Shown here: one piece after another, positions 10,308 to 18,555 of the stretch
Position numbering within the stretch: position 1 is the first letter of the stretch
Layout: each line of letters opens with the position of its first letter
Assembly (NCBI GenBank): GCA_040414855.1
Contig: JBEDUQ010000038.1
Coordinates: 38,749-102,748 of the forward strand
Origin: Actinomycetota bacterium
Lineage (GTDB): Bacteria; Actinomycetota; CALGFH01
Length of the DNA: 64,000 bases
Direction of reading: 5' to 3'
Program-made: the position numbers and the translations under genes
Notes under the pieces: model-generated
What the model saw: only the letters and a program-made list of their open reading frames with translations
What the model was told of the DNA's origin: nothing
Databases searched by the model: none

Positions 10308-11144
10308 ATGTCGATTCGATCGGGCGCCACTCTCCGCTTGTCCACGTTCGATGCCGCGCTTGTCCCCGACCCCGACGCTAGTCCGGTGACGATCGATCTT
10401 TCAGAGTTCGAGTTCATCGACGTGTTCGGGCTTGTGGGTATCGCGTCGCACATCTTGGAGGCCAGACTTGCTGGACGAGAGGTTGAGCTTCGTGTCCCCA
10501 AGAATCCCGATGTCGCGGCGTACGTAGCTCGGATGTACCTGGGTCTATTGCTCGATGCAACCGACGTTGAGCTGGATGCGCCCTTGCCGGTCGTCGAGGA
10601 ACGCGACCAGCGCGGAAACCTAATCGAGCTGAAGCCCTTCAACAGCACACGTGGCAGCGAGGAGCTCGGCGAGTACCTTTGGCACCGGCTCGCCGATCAA
10701 GCGGATGGAGCCCTTGTTACACAGATCTACGAAGCGGCTGGTGAACTGGGCAACAACGTCATTGAACATGCCAACTGCCCAGCTGGCGGCTACATGGCAG
10801 CGCAGTGTTACAGGCGCGGCCAGCCGGACGAGTACGTGATCATGGCCGTCGGAGATGCCGGCATCGGCATCCAGGAATCATTGCGGCCCCGGTACGGCCC
10901 GATGACTGAAACAGAGGCGATTGAACGGGCGCTCCAGCCGTTCGTGTCCGGCACTAACGATCCACATCGAGGGCAAGGGCTTCCCGACATCGTCGAGGGC
11001 GTTACGGGGTTCGGTGGGATCGTCTACGTGCGAAGTGGATCTGCCGGCCGATGGATCACACGCGATGGGGTATCTAGCAACAACGTGTCACGCCTTCGCG
11101 GTACGATCGTGGGTGCCAAAGTGCCATGCCGGCCCGGTCGGTAG
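10308..11144 (+). CDS. GHKL/RsbW-like (HATPase_c) ATP-binding protein with an N-terminal STAS-like domain
   Basis: 278 aa. N-terminus is STAS-like (VTIDLSEFEFIDVFGLVGIASHIL). The C-terminal half has an N-box (AAGELGNNVIEHA), G1 box (VGDAGIGI) and G2 box (HRGQGLPDI), as in SpoIIAB/RsbW-type serine kinases. The RBS is weak and the start is not certain. Confidence 0.7.
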   Translation: MSIRSGATLRLSTFDAALVPDPDASPVTIDLSEFEFIDVFGLVGIASHILEARLAGREVELRVPKNPDVAAYVARMYLGLLLDATDVELDAPLPVVEERDQRGNLIELKPFNSTRGSEELGEYLWHRLADQADGALVTQIYEAAGELGNNVIEHANCPAGGYMAAQCYRRGQPDEYVIMAVGDAGIGIQESLRPRYGPMTETEAIERALQPFVSGTNDPHRGQGLPDIVEGVTGFGGIVYVRSGSAGRWITRDGVSSNNVSRLRGTIVGAKVPCRPGR

Positions 11145-11162
11145 GTCCAGGCGAGGGGGGAA

Positions 11163-11471
11163 GTGGAGCGTCCGATGCCGACACTGACCACACCCAAGCT
11201 CGTCTCCAGCAGAGACCAAGCTCGGGACCTGACTGCGGAGCTTCCATCCAACCTGGAGGACACCACCGTCGTTGTCGATTGCTCAGAGCTCCAGGCGAGC
11301 ACGCCCTCGTTCGTTGACGAGCTGGTGAAGATTTGCCTGGTGGAGCGCCATGCGCAATGCCTGGCTCTGGTGAATGCTCCCGAACGGACCGAGGAGCTTG
11401 CTCGCCGTGCGGCTCGCAATAGACAGGTGGCCGACCGACTCGAGATCGACCGGCCCCTCCGGCTCGGCTAA
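11163..11471 (+). CDS. Small STAS-like protein (resembles DUF4325)
   Basis: 102 aa starting 19 nt after the preceding stop. VVVDCSELQASTPSFVDELVKICLVE matches the 'DF.gV..is.SFaDE' core I associate with DUF4325/STAS-like domains. ATG 11175 is an alternative start. Confidence 0.6.
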   Translation: MERPMPTLTTPKLVSSRDQARDLTAELPSNLEDTTVVVDCSELQASTPSFVDELVKICLVERHAQCLALVNAPERTEELARRAARNRQVADRLEIDRPLRLG

Positions 11472-11546
11472 CAGGACTACCGGGCGGAGTCGTCCACGCT
11501 CGAGCCCGGACCTGCCGCGACCGGCAGGCAGGCCGATGGTCGACGC

Positions 11547-11912
11547 CTACGAGGACCTGTTCCGGCGGGTGGTGCGCTGCGGGGACTCGCGTGAGGATCG
11601 CCGTCGTCGGGACAGGTAGAGGACGGCGAAGGCCACGTTGGCGATCACCAACAAGAAGGCGAGCATGATCAAGGCGGCGCCGTCGTTGACGCTCTCTCTG
11701 GCCTGGCAGGCACGCAACTGCTCGCCGGTCATCCCGGCGCAGCCGGACCGCGTCAGCACGCTGAACAACACGACCCCGAAGAACGCGTTGGTCACGAGCG
11801 CGACCAGCAGCAGCCCGCGGCGTCGCCACCACGGCTCCTGATCAGGGTCGGACGTGGGCGGCCGCTGACGGCTCCGCGGCGTTCCCCGCGTGCCACGAGT
11901 CTTGTTGGGCAT
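11547..11912 (-). CDS. Hypothetical small membrane protein (2 predicted TM helices)
   Basis: C-terminal 121 codons of ORF 11547-12347, from ATG 11912: MPNKTRGTRGTPRSRQRPP...GLLLVALVTNAFFGVVLFSVL...AALIMLAFLLVIANVAFAVLYL...RRRRSS. A basic N-terminus is followed by two hydrophobic spans. I recognise no homology. Confidence 0.4.
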   Translation of the reverse strand: MPNKTRGTRGTPRSRQRPPTSDPDQEPWWRRRGLLLVALVTNAFFGVVLFSVLTRSGCAGMTGEQLRACQARESVNDGAALIMLAFLLVIANVAFAVLYLSRRRRSSRESPQRTTRRNRSS

Positions 11913-12096
11913 CGACGCTCCCTGGTCCGCGGGCTGGGAGACCGCAGGATATTCAGGCCTGGCCCCCAGTTGTGGGACCTCCACGTCTCGATCGGCCCAA
12001 GGCGTGGGCGACCTCCCTACCACGATGGATCCTCCGCTTCTCCACCGCAACGACCCGCGGCTCGCGACGCTCGGCCGGCGCCCGAGTCCTGAGAGC

Positions 12097-12110
12097 ATTG
12101 TCCACAGCTG
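12097..12110 (+). promoter_or_regulatory. Variant motif aTTGTCCACAGCTg (actinobacterial-type DnaA-box nonamer TTGTCCACA), about 107 nt upstream of the permease start
   Basis: Direct read. Same core and orientation logic as the GGTTATCCACAGATTT copies, but with an A-to-G change in the nonamer. Confidence 0.35.
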
Positions 12111-12216
12111 GAGCAAAAGCTCTGGTTCGTGTCGTGGCCGCGGGCTACGATGCCCGCGGTCGCGCAACCTCGACCAGCGCCTCCCGGGGTATGGAGCCCG
12201 AGCTGGAGGAGGAATC

Positions 12217-13773
12217 ATGGCAGCGGTGGAGCCTGCCCAAAGCGGTGAGCTGCTCTCCGAGCGGGTCGCCGGCGGCATCCTTCCAAAGGTCCTCAACTCA
12301 TTCGACATGGTGGCGATCTTCGCCGCGATCGTGCTGTTCATCACCAACGCGGCGGTGATTCAAACGGCCGGGCCGACCGCATTCGGCTGGTGGATCCTGG
12401 GCTTCATCGCCTTCCTCATCCCGAGCGCGATCGTCACCGGCCAGCTCGGGGTGATGTTCCCTGGCGAGGGCTCTATCTACCTGTGGACGCACAAGGCGTT
12501 CGGAGCCTTCTGGGGGTTCTTCGCCGGGTTCTGCGCCTGGTGGCCGGGAGTGCTGGTGATGGTGGCGACGGGCACCATCACGCTCGCCTACCTCGGTTTC
12601 GTCTTCGATACGGTGGGATCCTGGAGCATCCAGGTGCAGGGTCTGCTCATCATCGCGTTCATCCTGCTGTCGGGATTCCTCGCGGTGCTCCGCTTCCGCG
12701 TCACGCAGAACATCGTCAACCTCGTATTCGTGCTCTACGGCGTCGCGATCGCGCTCATGCTGATCGCGGGCATCGTCCACCTGGCGCGCGGTCGCGCCGC
12801 CGAGGTCGACCCGGCCGCGATATCTGCCTGGAACCCGGGCAAGCCGACAGGGATCAACTTCACCAACTGGACCTTCTTCGGGCTGGTGATCCTCGCCCTC
12901 CTCGGGGTCGAGGTGCCGCTGAACATGGGCGTCGAGATCAAGAACACCCGGTCGATCACCAGGTACCTCTTCTGGGGGTCGATCACGGTGATGGCCGCCT
13001 ACCTGATCGCGACCTGGTCGGTGATGGTGACCGTGCCGGCCGCCGACGGCCGCTCGGCCCAGGTCACGGCGGTGGCCGAGGCGGTTCGGCTGTCGCTCGG
13101 CACATTCTGGGGCGACCTGGTGGCGCTGATCCTGGCGGGGTTCTTCCTGTTCATCACGGTCGTCTACAACTACTCGTTCGCACGCCTCATCTTCGTGTCC
13201 GGGCTCGACCGGCGGCTGCCGCGGGCGATGAGCCACGTTAACGCGAACAAGGTGCCCGACGTCGCCGTACTGGCGCAGACGATCCTGGCCGTGCTGTTCA
13301 CGCTGCTGGCGTTCGTGATCCTGCCGGCCACCGCCGGCGGGGGCAGCGCCGTCGACATCCAGACCAAGGTCTACGACGTGCTCCAGGCCGGGGTCACGGT
13401 GATCTGGTGCGTCTCGATGGTGGTGCTGTTCATCGACGTGCTGATCATCCTGCGGCGCTACGCAGCCCAGTTCGCGGCTCGCCGGCTGGCGCACCCGGCG
13501 GTGTTCTGGGCGTGCTCGGTGATCGGGGCGCTGGCGGCCTTGATCGGGATCATCTCGACATTGAGCGGCTCGTGGACGCCGCTCATCTCGAACGACAGCG
13601 GCACCGTGACGGTCATCGGCGCCAAGATCTCCTACGGGACCTGGTTCTGGTGGGTCGGCGGGATCGCGGTGGTGTCGATGCTGGTCGGCGCCCTGTTGTA
13701 CGTCATCGGCCGGCGGACCGAGGCGTCTTCGGCACCGACGGGCGCCATCCCGGCGGCTGGACAAGGAGGCTGA
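12217..13773 (+). CDS. APC-superfamily amino acid/amine permease
   Basis: ORF 11890-13773 trimmed to ATG 12217, which follows GGAGGAGGAATC. MAAVEPAQSG..., about 12 hydrophobic spans, and the N-terminal motif VTGQLGVMFPGEGSIYLW typical of APC transporters. Confidence 0.88.
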   Translation: MAAVEPAQSGELLSERVAGGILPKVLNSFDMVAIFAAIVLFITNAAVIQTAGPTAFGWWILGFIAFLIPSAIVTGQLGVMFPGEGSIYLWTHKAFGAFWGFFAGFCAWWPGVLVMVATGTITLAYLGFVFDTVGSWSIQVQGLLIIAFILLSGFLAVLRFRVTQNIVNLVFVLYGVAIALMLIAGIVHLARGRAAEVDPAAISAWNPGKPTGINFTNWTFFGLVILALLGVEVPLNMGVEIKNTRSITRYLFWGSITVMAAYLIATWSVMVTVPAADGRSAQVTAVAEAVRLSLGTFWGDLVALILAGFFLFITVVYNYSFARLIFVSGLDRRLPRAMSHVNANKVPDVAVLAQTILAVLFTLLAFVILPATAGGGSAVDIQTKVYDVLQAGVTVIWCVSMVVLFIDVLIILRRYAAQFAARRLAHPAVFWACSVIGALAALIGIISTLSGSWTPLISNDSGTVTVIGAKISYGTWFWWVGGIAVVSMLVGALLYVIGRRTEASSAPTGAIPAAGQGG

Positions 13774-13908
13774 CGAAAGCAGCAACAATAACGATCACGC
13801 ACCAAGCCGAAGGCGGCGCGACGACGGGGAAGGCGTCTCGCGCCGTGGGGGACGAATCGGAGAGCGCGACAACCGGCCAGCCGGGGGTCGCGACGAGGAG
13901 GCGTGACG

Positions 13909-15117
13909 ATGTATGCGGCGGCGTTCGTCGACCATCACTGCCACAGCGTGATCGAGACCTGGGCCAAGGCCGATTCGGGACCGTGGCCCTCCTGGCGGCG
14001 CTGCTTCACCGAGTCAACCAACGAGCGGGTGCTGGCTCGGGACGTGATCGACCTGCTGGGCTACCGGCACTTCCTCGCCGCGCTGCGCGGCCTCATCGAG
14101 GCGGAGTCCAGCTCGGAGCGGGACGTGGTCGCCGCGCGCGACGATCTGGCCGGCGCCGACCCGGAGGGCTACCTGCGCCGTCTGATGGATGACGCGGGGA
14201 TCGAGGCGCTGCTGGTCGACACCGGCTATGGCGGCCCGGGCACGCTGCTTCCGGCCGACCTGGAGCGTGAGGCCGACCGGACGGTCCGCGAGATCGTGCG
14301 CATCGAGTCGGTCGCCGAGGAGCTGCTCGCGGCGGGCGGGCCCGCGACCGATACGCTGAACGGGCTGGTGGACGCCTTCGAGGAGCGCATCGTCGAGGCG
14401 ATCGAGGGCGGCGCGGTCGCGCTCAAGTCGGTGCTCGCCTACCGTGCCGGGCTCCACATGGAGTCGAGCGGGGTCGGTGAGGTCCGCGGCGCGTTCGAGC
14501 GGCTCGACCTTGCGGCACAGGGACGCCGCTTCGACGACCCGGTGCTGGGCCCATTCCTGGCCCGCAGGGCGGCGGAGGTCGCCGGGCTCTGGTCGGTCCC
14601 GCTCCAGTTCCACACGGGCTTTGGCGACGAGGACATCCATCTGCCGTTCGCCGACCCGGCGATGCTGCGGCCGCTCTTGCACGACCCGCGGACGGAAGCC
14701 TGCCCGATCGTGCTCCTGCACTGCTACCCGTTTGTCGGCAGCGCGGCCGCGATGGCCGGCGCGTATCCGCAGGTCTACCTCGACCTGTCGCTGGCGATCC
14801 CGCTGGCGGAGCCGTTCGCGCCCGACCTGGTGCGCGAGGCGCTGGGGCTCTGCCCGGCCAGCAAGCTGCTGGCGGCTTCGGACGGGCACACGTTCCCCGA
14901 GATGCACTGGTGGGGGGCGAAGGTCTGGCGGCGCGCCCTGGCGACGGTGCTCGGCGGTGAGGTCGAGCGCGGCGACCTCGACGACGCGGCGGCCGAGGAC
15001 CTCACCAGCCGGATCCTCGGCGGCAACGCCAAGCGCCTCTACGACCTGGACCTCCGCGGCCGCCGCGACCACCAGCCGCCGAACGAGGAGCACAGGCCCC
15101 GCGGCTCGACGGGGTAG
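13909..15117 (+). CDS. Amidohydrolase_2-type metal-dependent hydrolase (TIM-barrel)
   Basis: ATG 13909 lies 7 nt after GAGGAGG (ORF track starts at GTG 13903). FVDHHCH at the N-terminus, PLQFHTGFGDED, VLLHCYP, YLDLS, ASDGH and GGNAKRLYDL match the amidohydrolase_2 pattern. Confidence 0.8.
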   Translation: MYAAAFVDHHCHSVIETWAKADSGPWPSWRRCFTESTNERVLARDVIDLLGYRHFLAALRGLIEAESSSERDVVAARDDLAGADPEGYLRRLMDDAGIEALLVDTGYGGPGTLLPADLEREADRTVREIVRIESVAEELLAAGGPATDTLNGLVDAFEERIVEAIEGGAVALKSVLAYRAGLHMESSGVGEVRGAFERLDLAAQGRRFDDPVLGPFLARRAAEVAGLWSVPLQFHTGFGDEDIHLPFADPAMLRPLLHDPRTEACPIVLLHCYPFVGSAAAMAGAYPQVYLDLSLAIPLAEPFAPDLVREALGLCPASKLLAASDGHTFPEMHWWGAKVWRRALATVLGGEVERGDLDDAAAEDLTSRILGGNAKRLYDLDLRGRRDHQPPNEEHRPRGSTG

Positions 15118-15262
15118 ACCGAGCGTCAACTCCCCCGGAGCCGACGCCGCGGCTCGACGGGGTAGGCGGGGCGCCCCACGGCGGCCGCCCGACCAGGGCC
15201 GGTCCTCAAACCCCTGACCGACCCGACCCCGGGCTGGACCCCCACCCCGCGCCGGACCTCGA

Positions 15263-15826
15263 TCAGGGCGGGACGAACTTGGAGATGATCCAGCCCTTGG
15301 CGGGGTCCTTGAGGAGGGTGCACCAGTAGACCTGGCGGTTGCCGGGGACCGCCCGGATGAGCCTGCCCGACTCGAGCATGAGCTTGGCGTCGGAGCGGCC
15401 GAGCAGGGCGACGACGGTCCAGTGCCGTTCGGAGACCTTGGTCATCTTGAGGATCTGGACCGGCAGCTGAAGGCCCTTCCACACCTCGTTCTTGCTGAGC
15501 ATGGTCTTGATCTCGTCCCGGTCCTTGGTGAGCTGGGGCGAGTCGGGGGTGTAGATGGTGGTGAGCAGGCGCTGGTTGCGACTGGTGAGCGCACGCTCGC
15601 GCACGTTCATGATCTGGAAGAAACGCGAGGTGACCTCGGACCGCTCGCGGATGAACGCGGGGTCGATGGTAGTGGTCGGGGCCGGCGCGGTGGTGCGCGT
15701 GGCCATGACGCCGGCGGCGGCACCTGAGAACAGCAGCACCAGGACCAGGCCGACGAAGAAGAGGCCGACGGTGCCGCCATTGTCCTGGCGGCGGGCGGCA
15801 TGACGTTGTCGCTGGGTACCGATCAG
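15263..15826 (-). CDS. Hypothetical membrane-anchored protein (single N-terminal TM, compact C-terminal domain)
   Basis: Only the last ~188 codons of the 605-aa ORF 15263-17080 are plausible: ...GGTVGLFFVGLVLVLLFSGAAAGVMATRTTAPAPTTTIDPAFI...WKGLQLPVQILKMTKVSERHWTVVALL...KGWIISKFVPP. There is no ATG/GTG before the TM span. A CTG at 15826 overlaps the thyX-like TGA (CTGA), so the start is uncertain. Confidence 0.45.
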   Translation of the reverse strand: MIGTQRQRHAARRQDNGGTVGLFFVGLVLVLLFSGAAAGVMATRTTAPAPTTTIDPAFIRERSEVTSRFFQIMNVRERALTSRNQRLLTTIYTPDSPQLTKDRDEIKTMLSKNEVWKGLQLPVQILKMTKVSERHWTVVALLGRSDAKLMLESGRLIRAVPGNRQVYWCTLLKDPAKGWIISKFVPP

Positions 15827-17451
15827 GCCGGCAGCCCTCCAGTGCGTCGCGCTTGCGACCGTTGCTCGGCCGCGAGGCGCCCGAGCTCGACGTCGTCGTG
15901 GACAACGAACCGCATGGCGCCGGCGAGACCGTGGTGACCGGCGCGCTCGGCGATCAGGGTGTGCATCCGCTGCGCGACCGCGCGATAGGTCGGATGTCCC
16001 TGTGGCGACGACCGCAGCTCGGAGAGGTGCATCAGCTCGCGGGCGTTCATGGTCATGGAGTAGCGGACCCGGTGCGCCATGCTGACCGCGTAGGGCGCCT
16101 GCGCGGGGAAGCGCGGCTCCAGCGCCCGGTACAGCCCCGCGAGCTCGCCGACGCGTTCCGCGTAGCGGTCCCCGAGCCCGGCGGCGGCCACCTCGGAGGG
16201 CACCTCGAAGCCCAGGTCCGGGGTGAGCCGCTGCCACACGATGGTGCACATCCGGTGGCGCTGGAGGTCGCGGAAAGCGCCGTAGTCGCTGACCACGTCG
16301 AAGGTGTAGACGGCGCGCTCGAACGCCCGGCCGGGGCGGTGGCGGCGGTTGGTCCGATCGCCCACGTAGGCGGAGAGCAGCCGCGCGCGCTCGTCGGCGT
16401 CGAGGCCGGCCACACGCCTGGCGACCTCCGCCTCGCCGAGGCGCATCGACGGGTAGGCGATCGCGGTGAGGACCTTGTCCTCGCCCGCCGGGTCGAACTC
16501 GACCAGCCGAACAGAGGGCCCCTGCTCGCGCGGCGCGGGGTCGCCGAGCAGCGCGTCGACGGTCTTGGTGGTCTCCTCGGCGGTCTCGGCGAGGTAGTGG
16601 ACCCACGCCCCGCCCCGGTCGGGCAGGTCGACCCGCTCGAGGAAGCTGGGGATCACCTGCCGCAGCTCGTGCAACAAGAGCTCGGCGTAGCTGCGCGCCT
16701 CGGGCAGCGGGTTGGCGCGCAGGCGCAGCAGCAGCGCCTCGTATGCCTGGCCGCTCGCGAAGATGCCGAGATTGGCGGTGGTCGCCGCCGGGAGCATGCC
16801 TCGCAGCGCGTCGAGCGCGCGCGCTCTGACCGCGCGGCGCCAGGCCGCCTCGTCGACCCCCGGCTCCGGCGGCAGGGTGGTGCCGAGGTGGTCGATCATC
16901 GCGGGCACCAGCTCGGCGTAGGTGGCGAAGACGCCGTCGAGCACCCGCCGGTACTCCACGCCGAGCTCGGGGTCGGCGTCGACGTCGGGGTCGAGGTGGT
17001 AGCGCCAGCGGCCGCCCGGCTGGTCGGTGTAGGTCTGGTAGCGCGTGGACTGCTCCATGTAGGCGGCGAGCCGCCCCCACTCGAGCGCCTTGGTCAGCAG
17101 GTTCGACGCCTGCTCGCAGGCGACGTGCGCGCCGGCGAGCTGGGCGACCGAGTCGTCGCCGTACTCGTCGAGCACCCGGCGGTAGAAGCGGGTCGCCCGC
17201 TCTTCGCCGACCGTGGAGTCGACCGGCGGCCGCTCCTCGGCGACCTGGTCGTAGAACTCGTCGAGGAACAGGCGCCGCAGGCTCTTGCCGCTGCGGGAGT
17301 AGCGCGCGAACAGGGCGCCCTTGACCACCTCCGGAAGGTTCCGCAGCGCGAACACCGGGCGGTCGGTGTTGGTGAAGTACGGTTCGAGCCGCGCCCGCTC
17401 GCGGTCGTCGAACTCCTCGACCCAGTACGCCGGCTGGCTGGCCATGGTCAC
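15823..17451 (-). CDS. thyX: Long-form (tandem-domain) ThyX-like FAD-dependent thymidylate synthase family protein
   Basis: 542 aa. N-terminal half has LPEVVKGALFARYSRSGKSLRRLF. C-terminal half has the ThyX signature region FRDLQRHRMCT plus SELRSSPQGHPTYR. GTG 17451 and ATG 17445 are both possible starts. Confidence 0.75.
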   Translation of the reverse strand: MTMASQPAYWVEEFDDRERARLEPYFTNTDRPVFALRNLPEVVKGALFARYSRSGKSLRRLFLDEFYDQVAEERPPVDSTVGEERATRFYRRVLDEYGDDSVAQLAGAHVACEQASNLLTKALEWGRLAAYMEQSTRYQTYTDQPGGRWRYHLDPDVDADPELGVEYRRVLDGVFATYAELVPAMIDHLGTTLPPEPGVDEAAWRRAVRARALDALRGMLPAATTANLGIFASGQAYEALLLRLRANPLPEARSYAELLLHELRQVIPSFLERVDLPDRGGAWVHYLAETAEETTKTVDALLGDPAPREQGPSVRLVEFDPAGEDKVLTAIAYPSMRLGEAEVARRVAGLDADERARLLSAYVGDRTNRRHRPGRAFERAVYTFDVVSDYGAFRDLQRHRMCTIVWQRLTPDLGFEVPSEVAAAGLGDRYAERVGELAGLYRALEPRFPAQAPYAVSMAHRVRYSMTMNARELMHLSELRSSPQGHPTYRAVAQRMHTLIAERAGHHGLAGAMRFVVHDDVELGRLAAEQRSQARRTGGLPA

Positions 17452-18248
17452 TCGAGGTCCAGCAGTGGCTCGAGGCCGACCGTCAGGCCAGGCCGACCCG
17501 GCACGGCACGGACCGACATGAGCACGCCGGGCATGAAGCTCGACAGGTCGAGCGAATCGTGACGCAGCGTGAGCAGCTCTCCCTGGCCGCCAAAGATGAC
17601 CTCCTGGTGGGCGACCAGGCCGGGCAGCCGCACCGAGTGGACCCGGACGCCCTCGACCTCGCCGCCCCTGGCGCCGGTGACCAGCTCGCGCCCCGGCCGC
17701 ACCGAGCCGGGCCGCGAAGCGTCCCTGGCCGAGGCCATCGACCGGGCGGTCCGTAAGGCGGTGCCCGACGGGGCGTCCGCTTTCCCAGCGTGGTGCAGCT
17801 CGATCACCTCGGCGTCGGGGTAGTAGCGGGCGGCGATGGTGGCGAAGCGCTGCGCGAGCACGGCGCCGAGCGCGAAGTTCGGCGCCCAGACGATGTTGCC
17901 GTTGGCGCGGTCGCCGGCGAGCGTGCCGAGCTCGTCCATCGCCTCGGGCGACAGCCCGGTGGTCCCCGAAACGAGGTGGACGCCCTCCGGCAGCAGCACC
18001 CGGGCGGCCTCCATGGTCGCCTCGGGCGCCGAGAAGTCGATCACCGCCTCGGCCTTGGCCTCCAGCAGGTCCGCCGAAGTGGCGTGGACCTGAAGCGACT
18101 CCGGCGCCTCGGCGATCAGCTCGTGGAGCCGGGTCCCCGCGCTGGAGCGCGCGACCGCGGCGACCAGCTCGAGGTCGCCGGAGCCGAGGACGGCACGGCA
18201 GCTCGCGCGGCCCATCCGTCCGGACGCTCCCAGCACTCCGACCCGCAT
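17448..18248 (-). CDS. dapB: 4-hydroxy-tetrahydrodipicolinate reductase
   Basis: 266 aa. MRVGVLGASGRMG (NAD(P)-binding GxxGxxG) and the DapB signature ELHHAGKADAPSGTALRTA. Confidence 0.92.
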   Translation of the reverse strand: MRVGVLGASGRMGRASCRAVLGSGDLELVAAVARSSAGTRLHELIAEAPESLQVHATSADLLEAKAEAVIDFSAPEATMEAARVLLPEGVHLVSGTTGLSPEAMDELGTLAGDRANGNIVWAPNFALGAVLAQRFATIAARYYPDAEVIELHHAGKADAPSGTALRTARSMASARDASRPGSVRPGRELVTGARGGEVEGVRVHSVRLPGLVAHQEVIFGGQGELLTLRHDSLDLSSFMPGVLMSVRAVPGRPGLTVGLEPLLDLE

Positions 18249-18555
18249 GGCTTGTTCGCCTCCCTGCTCCGCAACCCAGACGGCGTGTCAGGATACCGTG
18301 ATCGGCCCCGCGGAGATTGCCGAACTGCCCGTCATGGCCGTCTCAGGCGGAGATCTTGCCCTGCCTTATCCCATTCGTAACGAGGGGCTCTACCAAGAAG
18401 CGCCGGGATGGCGCCCGCCGTTTCAACTCAAGGGACCAAAGCATGCCGACGATTTGTCGGTATATGTATTAGACTCCAAGCGTGGATTCAAACTCGGATC
18501 CACGAAGTTCACATCTTGGTACCAACCAGCCGAGCATCTGCCGAGGAGCACGCCT

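Noticed and set aside
15263-17080. 605-aa ORF listed in the track
   Set aside because: Most of it is an alternative frame of the thyX-like gene. Only the last ~188 codons (TM helix plus folded-looking domain) are plausible coding sequence.
18247-18555. 103-codon N-terminal extension of the MFS ORF
   Set aside because: The extension is hydrophilic and covers the divergent dapB promoter region. The MFS fold and motif A begin right after ATG 18556.
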